Positions 44,531-59,089 of a stretch of DNA of 64,000 nt are shown in pieces. Origin of the DNA: Escherichia phage mistaenkt; sequence record MN850587.1, one strand, 5' to 3'. How positions within the stretch are numbered: the stretch's first letter is position 1; the number at the start of each line of letters is the position of its first letter. The notes under the pieces were generated by a model that did no database searches, had not been told where the DNA came from, and saw only the letters and a program-made list of their open reading frames with translations. The translations under genes and the position numbers were made by a program.

Positions 44531-44823
44531 AAATCTTTAAAGTTGAACACTGTTACATGCAGAGTGGTGAGCCAATTCGTTGTCCACATTGTGGTGGCAC
44601 AGACTTCCAAGGTGAGGTTACAGATATCATCTCTGGTCATGTAGCAGAAGAGTATACTCGTTGCCGTGGTTGTATGAAGATTGTTTCATTTTGGGCTTAT
44701 GGAAGTTATGAGCCACACCCACACATTATTTACCATCCAGTTAAAGTGGTTAAGAACGTCATCAACTGGTTTATCATTAAGGGTTTTTCAAATGATTCGT
44801 TTAGTATTTGCAAGTGGTCGTAA
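44527..44823 (+). CDS. Small zinc-ribbon protein (98 aa)
   Basis: CPHCGG ... CRGC cysteine pairs; 3 prime end overlaps the DHFR start. Confidence 0.5.
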   Translation: MKIFKVEHCYMQSGEPIRCPHCGGTDFQGEVTDIISGHVAEEYTRCRGCMKIVSFWAYGSYEPHPHIIYHPVKVVKNVINWFIIKGFSNDSFSICKWS

Positions 44824-45337
44824 AGGTGAGTTTGGTACTCCTGATGGGATGCCTTGGGAACGTAATCGTGAAGATATGAAAGAGTTTAAAAAGCTGACTC
44901 AAAACCAGCTTGTAATCATGGGTAACGAAACTTTCAAGACTCTTGGACGAAAACCTTTACCAAATCGTGAGAACATGATTCTGACAAACAACCTCCCATA
45001 TTACGGGATAGACTTTGATAATGATGGCTTTGTATTTGCGAAGGTTGACCCAGATTCTTTTGGTGCATTCTTGAAGAAGATTGACAGCCAGATTGATGAA
45101 AACGTATGTGTGATTGGTGGTGCAAACATCTTAAAAGCAGCTTTACCGTTTGCTGATGAAGTTTACCACACAGTTATCTATGAAATTACTAAAGAGCCAA
45201 CTGTGTATCTTCCTGAAGAGGGATTCTTTGAGTATTTACACGAGCCTGAACTCTTTGCTAGAATACAGGCTAAACCTCTGGCTGATAAATCTGGGGTTGT
45301 AAATTTCTATGTTCCACAAGTAAGAGGACGTTTCTGA
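44792..45337 (+). CDS. frd: Dihydrofolate reductase
   Basis: N-terminal MIRLVFASGRKGEFGTPDGMPWE pattern typical of DHFR; immediately upstream of thymidylate synthase; start moved to ATG 44792. Confidence 0.8.
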   Translation: MIRLVFASGRKGEFGTPDGMPWERNREDMKEFKKLTQNQLVIMGNETFKTLGRKPLPNRENMILTNNLPYYGIDFDNDGFVFAKVDPDSFGAFLKKIDSQIDENVCVIGGANILKAALPFADEVYHTVIYEITKEPTVYLPEEGFFEYLHEPELFARIQAKPLADKSGVVNFYVPQVRGRF

Positions 45338-45338
45338 T

Positions 45339-46235
45339 ATGTCACAAGCAGATGTAAGCTACAAAAATATTCTGAACCATGTTTTAACAGTTGGTGAGCA
45401 GCGTAAAACCCGAACTGGTTCTGTAATTTCAACGTTCTCACCTCCAGAGTTTCGTTTTGATATGCGTACTGGTTTCCCTTTACTGACCTCTAAACAGGTT
45501 CTGACCAGACAAGTTATCGGGGAAGCTTTATGGTTCTTGAACGGTGAGAATAAACTTGGTCATCTTCGCTATCGTACTTGGGGAGAAAACGATGGAGAGC
45601 GTTGGACAATCTGGACAAATGACTTTGAACGCTGGCTTAAAACAACCTATGCAAGTGAGCAAGATTGGTTAGATGATGCAGGTGGACGAATCTACGGTGT
45701 TCAGTGGAGAGCCTCAGAAGGTCATGGTGGCGTTACAGTTGACCAGCTAGACAATCTGATTACCAAGATGAAAAAGTCTCCTACAGACCGTTACATGCTG
45801 GTTAACGCTTGGAATGCTGCTGATATCTCAGCTAACACAATGGCATTACCACCTTGTCATGTACTTTTCCAGATTTACATCTCGAATACTGGTGAAGTGG
45901 ATTTAAAATGGTATCAACGTTCTGTAGACAGCTTTTTAGGTTTACCATTTAACATTGCATCTTATGGTTTTATCTTGGAAGTGCTTTGTAAGATGACTGG
46001 ATATACACCTCGTTACTTGATTGGTACTTTTGGTGATACTCAGATTTATCAGAACCATATGAATCAGGTATTCCAGCTTTTAGGTAATGAAGAGTTTCCT
46101 GCACCGAAGTTTGAGATTGTTCAAGATTTGAAATGTCTGGATGACCTCAAGCATATGACTGCAAGTGACTTTATCGGTGGTTTCAAAGATTATCGACATG
46201 CAGGGAAGATTGAAGCTCCCTTGTCAGTAGGTTGA
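45339..46235 (+). CDS. thyA: Thymidylate synthase
   Basis: Active-site block ALPPCHVLFQ (catalytic Cys). Confidence 0.9.
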   Translation: MSQADVSYKNILNHVLTVGEQRKTRTGSVISTFSPPEFRFDMRTGFPLLTSKQVLTRQVIGEALWFLNGENKLGHLRYRTWGENDGERWTIWTNDFERWLKTTYASEQDWLDDAGGRIYGVQWRASEGHGGVTVDQLDNLITKMKKSPTDRYMLVNAWNAADISANTMALPPCHVLFQIYISNTGEVDLKWYQRSVDSFLGLPFNIASYGFILEVLCKMTGYTPRYLIGTFGDTQIYQNHMNQVFQLLGNEEFPAPKFEIVQDLKCLDDLKHMTASDFIGGFKDYRHAGKIEAPLSVG

Positions 46236-46248
46236 TAGATACAAAAAA

Positions 46249-46268
46249 GGCTCCTTTTTACGGGAGCC
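46249..46268. terminator. Bidirectional rho-independent terminator between convergent operons
   Basis: GGCTCC-TTTTTACG-GGAGCC with T-runs on both strands. Confidence 0.75.
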
Positions 46269-46274
46269 TTAAAC

Positions 46275-46649
46275 TTATTTTTTCTTAGCATTTTGAGTGT
46301 TCTGTTCAGTGATTGCTTGCAAAGCCGATACAGACTGTGCTAGGTTATTAACACTGTCAGAGAATTTATCAAGGGTTTTGGTCAACTTGGCGTTTTCACC
46401 CTTTACGTTCTCTAGCTGAACCTTCTGGTTCTCCATGCCTAATTGCAGGAGTTTCATGTCAGACTGTAAATCACGAATAGCTGAATAGTTGCTTTTGTTG
46501 TAACTATCAAGCTGTTGTAACTTTGTCGAAACGGAAACTTCCTGCTTCCCACTAGACACCTGCATTGTAGTGTACATACCAATTACACTGAAGATACCCA
46601 CAACAATTGCACCAATATTATTTTTGAAAGCATCCTCTAACCATCTCAT
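46275..46649 (-). CDS. Membrane-anchored coiled-coil protein (124 aa); possible lysis or fibre-associated function
   Basis: TM segment IGAIVVGIFSVIGMY then a long heptad-like helix; last gene of the late operon. Confidence 0.5.
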   Translation of the reverse strand: MRWLEDAFKNNIGAIVVGIFSVIGMYTTMQVSSGKQEVSVSTKLQQLDSYNKSNYSAIRDLQSDMKLLQLGMENQKVQLENVKGENAKLTKTLDKFSDSVNNLAQSVSALQAITEQNTQNAKKK

Positions 46650-46843
46650 TCTTTCTCCCCTTTAAAGGCTTTTTCCAAGTTATTAACAAATTCATCATCA
46701 ATAGGCGTATCTGTCTTACTCGCAAGGTATCTTGCAAGTCTGAAGAAGGCTTTCTCAATCATGTATTCACTCAGAAGGGAAAGAACGAGTTTCCAGAGGA
46801 AGCTACCCAAGTTTTTTAAGAGGATTGCTAGGATAGTCGGCAT
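46646..46843 (-). CDS. Small hydrophobic protein (65 aa)
   Basis: Hydrophobic N-terminus ILAILLKNLGSFLWKLVLSLL; ATGA overlap with the downstream gene. Confidence 0.5.
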   Translation of the reverse strand: MPTILAILLKNLGSFLWKLVLSLLSEYMIEKAFFRLARYLASKTDTPIDDEFVNNLEKAFKGEKE

Positions 46844-46922
46844 TATGTCACCTCATCAGCCAAGATGGTGAGAATACCTATGAAAATATTAACACCATCT
46901 TAACATTTAGTCAACAAATTGA

Positions 46923-49124
46923 TTACGCCGTTCTAACCCATGCCATCAATCTGATAAACAAGTTCACAACACTGAATGCTGAACCAGAACCTGTACCACC
47001 AGTGTTACCACTAACTGTGTGGGTGTGAGCACCAATACCAACTGTGTGAGCATGGTTACCAGCAGAAGCAGCAGAACCACTTACAGAGTGAGTATGAGCA
47101 CCAGTAGTGTTAGAGGTCTTCGTACCATAGTCAAAGCTACTCGTTGTAGCGGAGAAGCTGTGAGTGTGTGAAGGAATATGCCCTACAGATAATGTCACAG
47201 TGTCTGCACCACCAACTGACTTCACATCTGAACCATTCGCTGCACCGATTCTAACTGTTCTACCTACACCCTCATTCAGATACGTCCAAGTCATACCTGC
47301 AAGAGTTGTGTTAGGGTTCTGGTTAGTAGCAAACCATGTTACAATCCCAACTGGATAGACTTTCTTAAGGTCTGTTGAAGATGTAACAGCCGTAGCAATC
47401 TTCTGGTCAGTTTCTGCTTTGGTGTATGCACCAATTTCAGAAGGTGTTGGTTTCTGTGCTTCTGTATAAATCTTAGACCAATCTGCTTCAAAACCATAGC
47501 TATCCCTAGCCGACCTGTACCACATCCCACCATTTTTATAGTTGAATTTCAACTGAGCAGACGGTGTTGATGATGCACCCTGATACATATGGTAGACCAG
47601 TTGTGTTGAGCCACCAGTTGAAAATGTAACATTGTACAAACCTGTCTTGGCATTCCATGCTACGCCATCTCCACCATTCTGTTCAGTGGCATTGCCTGAT
47701 GAGCCAGCAAGCATAAATCTAGAGTTAGCTGCTGTCTGTGTGAAGTATCTCGCATCCAAGTTACCCCAATCAGAAGGTTTCACCTGTCCAGTAATCTGTA
47801 AAGATTTAGACAGAAGAATCTCATCAGACAAGTCAATTCTCGCACCAGTTAAGTAGTTATGGAAAGATGCAACCACAGAGCCATTTGTACCACAACCAAC
47901 ATACCACTTATTAGTGTTATCAGTGTTCTTTCCAACAATGTAAGAAGCATTGTTCTGGACTTTGCTGTAAATCCTTAAAGCTTCACCGTCAGACTGAATA
48001 TTTTGTTGAAGGGTGAATGTGTTAGCTTCATTCTTCTTAGCAAGGTTAGCATATGTACCAACCAACACATAACGAGAGTCAATGTTAGCCCAATCTGTAG
48101 GCTGAACCTGTCCAGTAATTGCAAGGCTCTTGTTCACTCTGACCATGTTATCAAGCAATACATAGGTATCATTTGAGATGTTTGTCAATACAACTGAGTT
48201 GCTACCATCTGCATAGTTACCTACAGCCCACTTCATAGAAGCATCTGTGTTCTGACCTTCAATGTAAAGTGCTTTACCAGTTGTCAAGTTCTTCAGGGTT
48301 AATCTTGCACCGTCACCAAGTAACGTTGTAGTCCCTCTGAAGGTGTTGTTTCCAGTAATCGTGTTAGCTGCTGCCAACTGAACAAATCTTTGGTCTGCTG
48401 CATCACGAGTATAGAATCTTGCATCGAAGTTTGCAAAGTCTGAAGGAACAACCTGTCCAGCAACTTGAAGCTGCTTGTTAATACCTACAGAACCAGTACC
48501 AAGAACAATATTAGTATTCTGTTTGGTGTTTGCAATAGTAACGTCAGAACCAGAACTCAAGTTACCAATTGTGAACCTTACAGCGTTTGCTGTATCACGA
48601 CCTTCATAATACAATGCAGCCGCAGCAGTGTTCTTCAAAGTCAAACCAGCATTATCTGTCTGGAAAATCTGACTTGCTGTAAAGGTATTTTGAGTTCCCT
48701 TGATAGCAAATCTTGCATCGTTCTCATCATTAGTTCTCATCCCAAGTTCATTGGGAGATGGCTTATTCAGAGTGTGATAAACAGTTGCACTTCTTGAAGC
48801 ATCTGCAATAGTCAGTTTAAGACCATTTGCATTAAGCTTGAAAGTTTTTGCAGTGTCACCGAAGACAATTTCGGAGTTACCTGTTGGGTCAAGTAAATCT
48901 TTTCCCCCATAGGTAAGCTTCACAATTCCTAAATTACCTGTCATGGTTCCACCAACTAATTGCAGAAATCTTTCCAGTCTAAATGATGCAAGGAAATCTG
49001 CATAAGTCATTCTACGGTCTTCATCACCTAGCATCTCAGTTCTTTTCTTAACTCTGACATGCAATAGGTCATCAGAACGAATCTCACTAATCGAGTTTAA
49101 TTCACTCAATTTAAATTCTGCCAT
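46923..49124 (-). CDS. Long tail fibre protein with His-x-His repeat tip
   Basis: 733 aa; C-terminal HTHSFS, HTHSVS, NHAHTV, GAHTHTVS repeats and conserved terminal motif shared with ORF 49167-50315. Confidence 0.8.
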   Translation of the reverse strand: MAEFKLSELNSISEIRSDDLLHVRVKKRTEMLGDEDRRMTYADFLASFRLERFLQLVGGTMTGNLGIVKLTYGGKDLLDPTGNSEIVFGDTAKTFKLNANGLKLTIADASRSATVYHTLNKPSPNELGMRTNDENDARFAIKGTQNTFTASQIFQTDNAGLTLKNTAAAALYYEGRDTANAVRFTIGNLSSGSDVTIANTKQNTNIVLGTGSVGINKQLQVAGQVVPSDFANFDARFYTRDAADQRFVQLAAANTITGNNTFRGTTTLLGDGARLTLKNLTTGKALYIEGQNTDASMKWAVGNYADGSNSVVLTNISNDTYVLLDNMVRVNKSLAITGQVQPTDWANIDSRYVLVGTYANLAKKNEANTFTLQQNIQSDGEALRIYSKVQNNASYIVGKNTDNTNKWYVGCGTNGSVVASFHNYLTGARIDLSDEILLSKSLQITGQVKPSDWGNLDARYFTQTAANSRFMLAGSSGNATEQNGGDGVAWNAKTGLYNVTFSTGGSTQLVYHMYQGASSTPSAQLKFNYKNGGMWYRSARDSYGFEADWSKIYTEAQKPTPSEIGAYTKAETDQKIATAVTSSTDLKKVYPVGIVTWFATNQNPNTTLAGMTWTYLNEGVGRTVRIGAANGSDVKSVGGADTVTLSVGHIPSHTHSFSATTSSFDYGTKTSNTTGAHTHSVSGSAASAGNHAHTVGIGAHTHTVSGNTGGTGSGSAFSVVNLFIRLMAWVRTA

Positions 49125-49142
49125 TATACAATCCTCTTAAAA

Positions 49143-49158
49143 GGGGCTAAAAAGCCCC
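49143..49158 (-). terminator. Hairpin between the two tail fibre genes
   Basis: GGGGCT-AAAA-AGCCCC; minus strand followed by TTTTAAGAGG. Confidence 0.5.
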
Positions 49159-49166
49159 TGTAATAA

Positions 49167-50315
49167 TCAAGCAGTTCTCTGCCATACATATAGAACAAAT
49201 GATGGCTGTTCAATGTTAAATGCCTGACCAGAACCAGTTGAGCCAGTTGTACCAGAGTGAGAGTGTTCACCTGCACCTGTAACAGTTACAGTAGCAGTAT
49301 GCGAGTGGCTACCAATTGATACAGAGTGGCTATGAGCACCAATCGCTACAGTATGAGTGTGCGCACCAATCGCTACAGTGTGCGTATGGTTGTTAGCGGT
49401 TGTCAGAGTGGCTCTTGGGTCATAGTCTGCACCAACTACTGAAAGTCCCGGATGACTCCCTGGGTCATAACCACGGTTAATCCACGTTGTCTGAGTGAAT
49501 CCAGCAGAACTCGTAGTTTTATTACCATAGTTAAATGATGATGTGGTCTTAGTACCATAATCAAATGTTGTAGTGCTTCTATTCCCATAGTCAAATGAAC
49601 TGATTGAAGCAGTTGCACCATGTGAGTGACCACCACCTGTAACGTACACTGAGTGAGTGTGAGCAGGGATGTTATTAGCTGTCAATGCAGCAGTCTGAGA
49701 ACCAAACGTAGAACCTGCTGGTCTCGAAGCACTATCATAGCCTACAAGTGCTCTACCTCTTGAAACTAGCTCCCAAGTACCTCCACAAATCAGGTAAGTA
49801 GATGGGTTAGCAGCATTCATAGACAAGTGGATAGTACCCACTGGATACGAAGCCTGAACAGCCCTGTATAGACTATTAACTGCTCTTGCTGTAGCATACT
49901 TATCAGCATCTTCATTATATGCGTTAGAGGCTAACCAGTTCTGAACATTACCCAAGCCAACTTGTGATTTAGTTGTATTGTGAGGGTTGTTCTTGTCATT
50001 AATGTGAGCCTGAATAAGTTGATTAACTTCATCAGAAGACATAATCTGTAAGTTCGCTCTTGCTTCAGCTACGTCAACGATATCTGATAAGTTATTTGCA
50101 GCGACAAGCTGTAAAGCGTTTAATACGTTACCTAACTCAACCTGAACCTTTGTAACACCGTGAGGGTTATTTCTCAAGGATGCGTGAGGGTCAAGTAATT
50201 GTTCAAGTGTACATCTTTTGTCTTCAATACCTTGTTTAAGGTGGAAGATATCACTTAGCTCAATTGGTAACGACGCTTGAGGCAAGGCACTAATTTGAAT
50301 TTCACCTACTGCCAT
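49167..50315 (-). CDS. Tail fibre protein paralogue with His-x-His repeat tip
   Basis: 382 aa; HTHSVYV, HSHGAT, HTHTVAIGAHTHTVAIGAHSHSVSIGSHSHTATV repeats; same terminal motif (GSGQAF ... WQRTA) as 46923-49124. Confidence 0.8.
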   Translation of the reverse strand: MAVGEIQISALPQASLPIELSDIFHLKQGIEDKRCTLEQLLDPHASLRNNPHGVTKVQVELGNVLNALQLVAANNLSDIVDVAEARANLQIMSSDEVNQLIQAHINDKNNPHNTTKSQVGLGNVQNWLASNAYNEDADKYATARAVNSLYRAVQASYPVGTIHLSMNAANPSTYLICGGTWELVSRGRALVGYDSASRPAGSTFGSQTAALTANNIPAHTHSVYVTGGGHSHGATASISSFDYGNRSTTTFDYGTKTTSSFNYGNKTTSSAGFTQTTWINRGYDPGSHPGLSVVGADYDPRATLTTANNHTHTVAIGAHTHTVAIGAHSHSVSIGSHSHTATVTVTGAGEHSHSGTTGSTGSGQAFNIEQPSFVLYVWQRTA

Positions 50316-50317
50316 TA

Positions 50318-50632
50318 TTAGCCTCCGATAAATTCATAAGTGTACTGATTAGTTGTGCTTGTTGGAGCAGTACCTGTCACGGTATTAATAAGGTTCCATC
50401 CAGCCGATACTAAATCAGGTTGCTCGGTAGCAAAGCTTCTTACTTCGCCTACAATAGCTGTTGTCCCATTTGCTCTTTCCAACAAATAGTTTAAAATATA
50501 GTTATACCATTGACGACCCATTGGTTCGCCACGAAGTAAACCTGTTGCCTGAATCTCAGGAGGTGGTAACACTTTTAACTGGTTACCATCAGCGTCTACA
50601 TCATCTGTAGCCCATCTTACTGCATCTGCCAT
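50318..50632 (-). CDS. Baseplate or tail fibre-associated protein (104 aa)
   Basis: Position between baseplate and fibre genes. Confidence 0.45.
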   Translation of the reverse strand: MADAVRWATDDVDADGNQLKVLPPPEIQATGLLRGEPMGRQWYNYILNYLLERANGTTAIVGEVRSFATEQPDLVSAGWNLINTVTGTAPTSTTNQYTYEFIGG

Positions 50633-51489
50633 TATGAACTTCCTTCCTGTTGAGATTTATCTTTTCTGCCTTTGATGATTTGTGCAACTTCAGCCATTAC
50701 ACCATATTCACCACCTGCAACCGTTTCTTTACCGACAATAAAGTTGTCGTTACTGTTATTCGTTCTGCTCACATTCATATAATCTTTTGAAGTGCTTCCA
50801 GCAGTTCTATCAATTCTGAAATAACCGTCTCTTACACCTGCATCTGCTAAACTACCTAACAAGTTAGCCTCAAGAGAACCACCTGTGTTATTCGTTACAA
50901 GACCTCTGTTGTTATCTGTTACGAACCAGTTATCTTTGTCATCAACGATGGCTAAGGCTGAGTCAGCAACCTCTACAGGTGTCCAAGCAGTACCATTCAA
51001 AGTTACATCTCTTAAGATGACTGCTGAACCAATTGTTGTTGCAGCAATCCTTGAAAGTGTGTATGCTGTATCTAGAACGTTATTTCTCGTGTTAACACGA
51101 ATAACAATACCACCAGTCATCGGTGTGATATGTTCAAATACCTGTGAAAAGGTAGCATTGTAAAGTGTCATTACGGCATTTTGAAGAAACGCTGGAGTTG
51201 TGTCAGAACGTCTTAGGAAAATTTGGATATACAGCATTGCACGATATGAATCGTCATCAGCACCAAGAGGTCTAGGGACTTTAATCAAAGCCCCGATATT
51301 ATCTAATTGCTGACCAATAGCTGTACGGATATTACGTTCTGTGTGCATCTGCCAAGTAATATCCTCTAACAATTGTAACTCATCTGTAATAGATTTCAAT
51401 AGACTAGTGTAAATAAACTTTTCTTTGAATTGAGTTACAGTTCTTTCATCCAATGTTTTGTAATAGACGTCTTCAATCTTTTCAAACAT
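50632..51489 (-). CDS. Baseplate wedge protein (285 aa)
   Basis: Position downstream of the J-like gene; translationally coupled. Confidence 0.5.
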   Translation of the reverse strand: MFEKIEDVYYKTLDERTVTQFKEKFIYTSLLKSITDELQLLEDITWQMHTERNIRTAIGQQLDNIGALIKVPRPLGADDDSYRAMLYIQIFLRRSDTTPAFLQNAVMTLYNATFSQVFEHITPMTGGIVIRVNTRNNVLDTAYTLSRIAATTIGSAVILRDVTLNGTAWTPVEVADSALAIVDDKDNWFVTDNNRGLVTNNTGGSLEANLLGSLADAGVRDGYFRIDRTAGSTSKDYMNVSRTNNSNDNFIVGKETVAGGEYGVMAEVAQIIKGRKDKSQQEGSS

Positions 51490-51491
51490 TG

Positions 51492-52960
51492 TTACTCCTT
51501 AGTGATAGTGTACTGGCTGCTTTCCCATACCGTATACTGGTCACCATCAACTGTGATTCTTGAAGTAGTATACTGGTCATCTGTTGGTGGAACTGCTTGG
51601 TTATTTGAAAGGGCAACTTTAATCTCATTGATTTCAATTCCCTGAATAACATCATAGATGTATCCATAGATTCTGTTAGGAATCACGTCATTACCAACTT
51701 TCAGAGTTCTACCATAATCGTTAATACCCTGTACAATACTGTCATGGATATCTTCTTCAGGGATTGTCAAGCTTTCTTCATCATACAACTCGTAAGTTAC
51801 CTTAACAAAGACATACTTAGGTGTTGGTCTGCTGAAGTAAACGTTATGAGCCAAACCTCCAAGGTCGTATGCAGTACCAAAGATGGAACCATAAGCCCTG
51901 ATACCAGCAGGTTTAGTATCCCAGATAGCTTGAGCAACGTTATCATTCTGACCACCTACAACGACAATCTTGAAAGATTTCGGAGGAATACCATCAGAAG
52001 TTGTTGTCTCAGTGTCGTTCTCAACACCTGAAGCATCTGAAACACCCTGAACTCTCTTGACAGCAGCAACGATAGCGTCTAAAGTACCTACACCAGTAAC
52101 GGTTAAAGACTCTAGGTAACGTTGACGAAGTTCTGTATCAGTTTCTTCATCACGTCCTGTTGTCAGGTCGTATCTGTTAAATACACTATCAAGACCGTCT
52201 ACAGTTGTTTCAATTTCAATCAGTGTTCCTGCCAAAGCTGGAATAGCACCAACCTGTTCAGCAACTACATCGTGGATTGTAGTAATCTTTGTAAAACTTA
52301 AGAAGGTCGTTGCAGTAACAACCATAGGGTTTGTTCTGGCAATAATATCTCCTTCATCTTTATAGATTCTTAGGGATGAGCCATCATTAATAACCTCAGC
52401 TTTAGCAACAATACCACCATTAATAGCATCTGCAAGTTCGTTTAGCAGAGTTGTGATAGTATCCGAAGAAGTAGGCTGATAAGAGAAAACAACGTTATCA
52501 ATAATAATAACATAGTTTGCATCAGTACGTAAAGAGTTAACTTCTAAAACTGCTTCAACACAATAAGATGGTGTCAAGGTGAATGTAGAAACTGGATAGA
52601 AAATATTACCAGCAGTACTTCTCAGTCTTGTTGTTGCAGGAATTGAAGCACCAGTTGTACCAGTAAATTCAGCCTGTCCTCTTGTAGCCTGAGCGACATA
52701 TCTGTAGATTGCGTTTAAGGCTGTGATATCATCTAGGTTGAATCCTTCAGCTTTGTCAATAGTGTTACCATCATAAATCTCAGACAGAACTTCATGGGTA
52801 TCTGCCAAGGCTCTTGCTACTGATGCTAAGAACAGACCTAACTGGCTGTCTTCAGATACATCAAGGTTTGGGGAGATATCTCTTAAAAGTCTTGCTTTGA
52901 TATTATCAAAGATTTCTTGATATCTCAATGTTTGTAATCCTGTTGCGGTTAATCCAGCCA

Positions 52961-52961
<1 letters not shown>
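51492..52961 (-). CDS. Baseplate J-like protein (489 aa)
   Basis: Size, position and N-terminal region typical of baseplate J / gp47-type proteins (inference). Confidence 0.55.
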
Positions 52962-56117
<3,156 letters not shown>

Positions 56118-56118
<1 letters not shown>

Positions 56119-58358
56119 TATTCTTCCTCTGGGTAACTTGAGTTAAGAAGGATATCTTCTTGGTTCTTGTCCATGATATCAACCGTCTTAGTAGCAATCT
56201 GCTTACCATCCAGATTGAATGAAACATTCAGAGTCTGTCTAGTCTGCATAGGGAAACCAGAAGGTGTCATCATCATTGGGGTTTGGTTGAACTTCGTTGC
56301 AAAGTTATTTAAAGACTCTGACAAGTTGTTCATGATAATATCCCAATTGGACATTCCATTATCAACAAAGCTGCGATTGCCTTGAGCATCTACAGAATAT
56401 TGTGCAAACTGTAGCTGTCCATTCTGGTCAAAGAACATTGGACGTTTCGGGTTGGTAATGCTTGCTACGGCATCTTCAAAAGGTTTTGGAAGGTTTACTT
56501 CACTGAATCTACCATTATTCTTTCTGTCTGTAGAGCCAGATAGCATTAATGATGAACCAACTGTACCAAGAGCCATTCTTGTTGCTGATACTCCTGCAAC
56601 ACCTGCTGCTTCAGATGCGGCTGCTGCACCACCTAAACCAAACTTCTTCATGATTTTTGCAAAGATACCTTCTTCAAAGATACTCTTGACAAATGCTACA
56701 GTACCGCCAAAGATTTTTGCAACCTTCGTGATAGCGGCAATTGCAACACCAATCATAGCAAAGGTTGAAACTAGTTCAGCAGAATCCTTGATAAGTTTCT
56801 GTTGACTTGCATCCAAATCCTTGTACCATGCCATTGCAGAGTAATATAGTGAAGATGTTCTATACATGATATCTGTTACGAAGTCAAGTAAGTTACCAGC
56901 ACCTTTTAACAGGTAACCAATCACTGTACCGAGTGCTTCAGCAGTACCCATAGAACCTTGTAAGAACATTGCAATGGATTGTGAAAGCTGTGAAATACCG
57001 TCGCTAGAGTTGTTAAACAATGCAACTAACATGTTATCCCACATAGACTTTGCTTGACCCATTGAGGTAGCTGTCTGCTTAGATACGGCATTCATACCAC
57101 CTGCTGCCTGTACCAACTCAGCCATCTTTTCAGATACCTTTGGAAGTACATCTTCAGCAAGGAGTTTACCGTCCTTCATCATCTTATCAAGTTCTTGTGG
57201 TGTCTTACCGATAGCGTCAGCAAATAGCTGTACAGCACCTGCCAAACGGTCACCTAACTGACCACGGAGTTCTTCAGCCTGAATCTTACCCTTAGAAGCC
57301 ATCTGCTGGAAAGCAACCATGATACCTTTCAGGTCTTCGTCTGTTGCACCCCTGATACGGGAGAACATCGCAGCGTTCTTATAGAACTCCTGAGTTCCTT
57401 GGAATCCAAGAGCAGGTTGAGCACCAGCAGCAAAGTTTGCGTATTGCTTCATGGTCGCTGTGTAGTTCTGTCCAATCTGATGAGCGAACGATGCAGCGAA
57501 CATTCTAGCTTGCTGTGTATCTGCTCCGAAGATAGCTGTTGAGGCTAACTGTGCAGACTGTCTTTTAACACCTGCATCAATTGTCTTCTGAGCCAATTCT
57601 AAGGCTGCATAAGCTGAAACAAAACCACCAATCATCTGACGTAGAGATGAGTTAGCTCTTTCCTGAAGCCAAGCTGATTCTCTGACTGACTTGAGTCTAG
57701 CATTTTCTGCAATAACCCAACGCTTGGTAACGTCAATGAGCTTCTTGACTTCCATCTCATATTCACCGACTTTACCAGTTCCCTTATATTTGTTATAAAG
57801 ACCTTGCAGGTTTCCTCTGAAGGAAGCTGCCATTTGGTTACCTTGTCCACCAATAGTTTCAAGGCGACGTGTCAGACCAGAATAGAAGTTGTTGTTAAAC
57901 ATTCTTTCCATCTGTCTCTGAGCAATATCAGGTCTTGGAGGTCTTGGGTTACCACTTCCACCAGTAGGAGGGAAACCAGTACCACCCTTTCTACCACCAC
58001 GAACAGTGACTTTTCCATCAACTTTCATAGCGTCTCTTAAAGCTTTATTAATCTCCTTGGCAGTTTTTCTACCTTGAGTTTCCAGTCTTTTAAGAGATTT
58101 TACACCTTGTGAATCAAGGTTAAGGGAGTTGTTGAGTGCTTTATTGATTCTGCCCGAAGCAGTCTGAGCGTTTTTTACAATTCTGTTTAATGCTTCTTGT
58201 GAAGACTTATTAGGTTTCACGTCAAAGGCTTTGTTAATATTACGTTCGATTCGTTGAGCAGACTGCATAGCCATCTTTTCAACTCTCTGCAAACCTTTAA
58301 CAACCTTTTCACTGAAACCCAACTCCACAATAAAGCTATCAACTGTATATTGTGCCAT
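56118..58358 (-). CDS. Tail tape measure protein
   Basis: 746 aa, Ala/Gly/Gln-rich helical composition, hydrophobic central segments, between chaperone pair and baseplate genes. Confidence 0.75.
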
Positions 58359-58597
58359 TAAATTTTACCTGCCCTTCTAAGTTCGTTATAAGCAATTTCT
58401 TCTTTGTATGACCTCTGGATTTCTAAATACTGTCGCAGAGATAATAAATCAGAGAAAGTCATTGAGAAGAGTTGGTCGAGTGTTTCTTTACACCCTTCCA
58501 TACCGTAAATAGCAAGCACAAATTTCATCTCATCTGCTTCTTCATAAGTTGCTGCTACAGCCCCATCAGTCAATGGGGTCTGCATAGCACTACTCAT
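58358..58597 (-). CDS. Tail assembly chaperone (second ORF of the pair)
   Basis: Small acidic protein directly upstream of tape measure. Confidence 0.45.
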   Translation of the reverse strand: MSSAMQTPLTDGAVAATYEEADEMKFVLAIYGMEGCKETLDQLFSMTFSDLLSLRQYLEIQRSYKEEIAYNELRRAGKI

Positions 58598-58599
58598 GC

Positions 58600-59010
58600 T
58601 TACTGAGAAGTTAGGCTTTTGAAAATGCTTGCTTCGAAAAAACTTCCGAAATTAGTCTCCAGAGCAAATGCTAAGAAGTCAATAAATTCACCGTAGTTTG
58701 CTTGGAAGTATTTATCTACGTTTAGAGGGAAGTCATCTACAGTTGCACCTTGGAATAACAGAGCAGCCATTGAATCAATATCGAGTTCATCAATACGGTC
58801 AAAGCAAGCCTCTACTAATTCTTTAAAAGGCACTGCTGTTACACTTTCTTCACCATCTTTCTGCTCTTTCCCAGATAAACTTGAAAACATCTGAGCAATT
58901 GTCGGTACAACAACTTTACCAAGTTTCATCGACATTTTAATACCATCTCTTGCACCTAGCAGGACAATATTCACTTTCTTACCATTAATAATTTTTGATT
59001 CTGTCTTCAT
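58600..59010 (-). CDS. Tail assembly chaperone (first ORF of the pair)
   Basis: 136 aa between tube and tape measure genes. Confidence 0.5.
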   Translation of the reverse strand: MKTESKIINGKKVNIVLLGARDGIKMSMKLGKVVVPTIAQMFSSLSGKEQKDGEESVTAVPFKELVEACFDRIDELDIDSMAALLFQGATVDDFPLNVDKYFQANYGEFIDFLAFALETNFGSFFEASIFKSLTSQ

Positions 59011-59043
59011 TGTGATTCCTTAAATTTCTTAGGTTCTATAAAC

Positions 59044-59075
59044 GAAAAAAGGGAAGACCTTTTACAGTCTCCCCC
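59044..59075 (-). terminator. Imperfect hairpin terminator or attenuator after the tail tube gene
   Basis: GGGAAGAC-CTTTTACA-GTCTCCC; minus strand followed by TTTTTTCGTTTAT. Confidence 0.5.
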
Positions 59076-59089
59076 TTATTAGGATGTTC

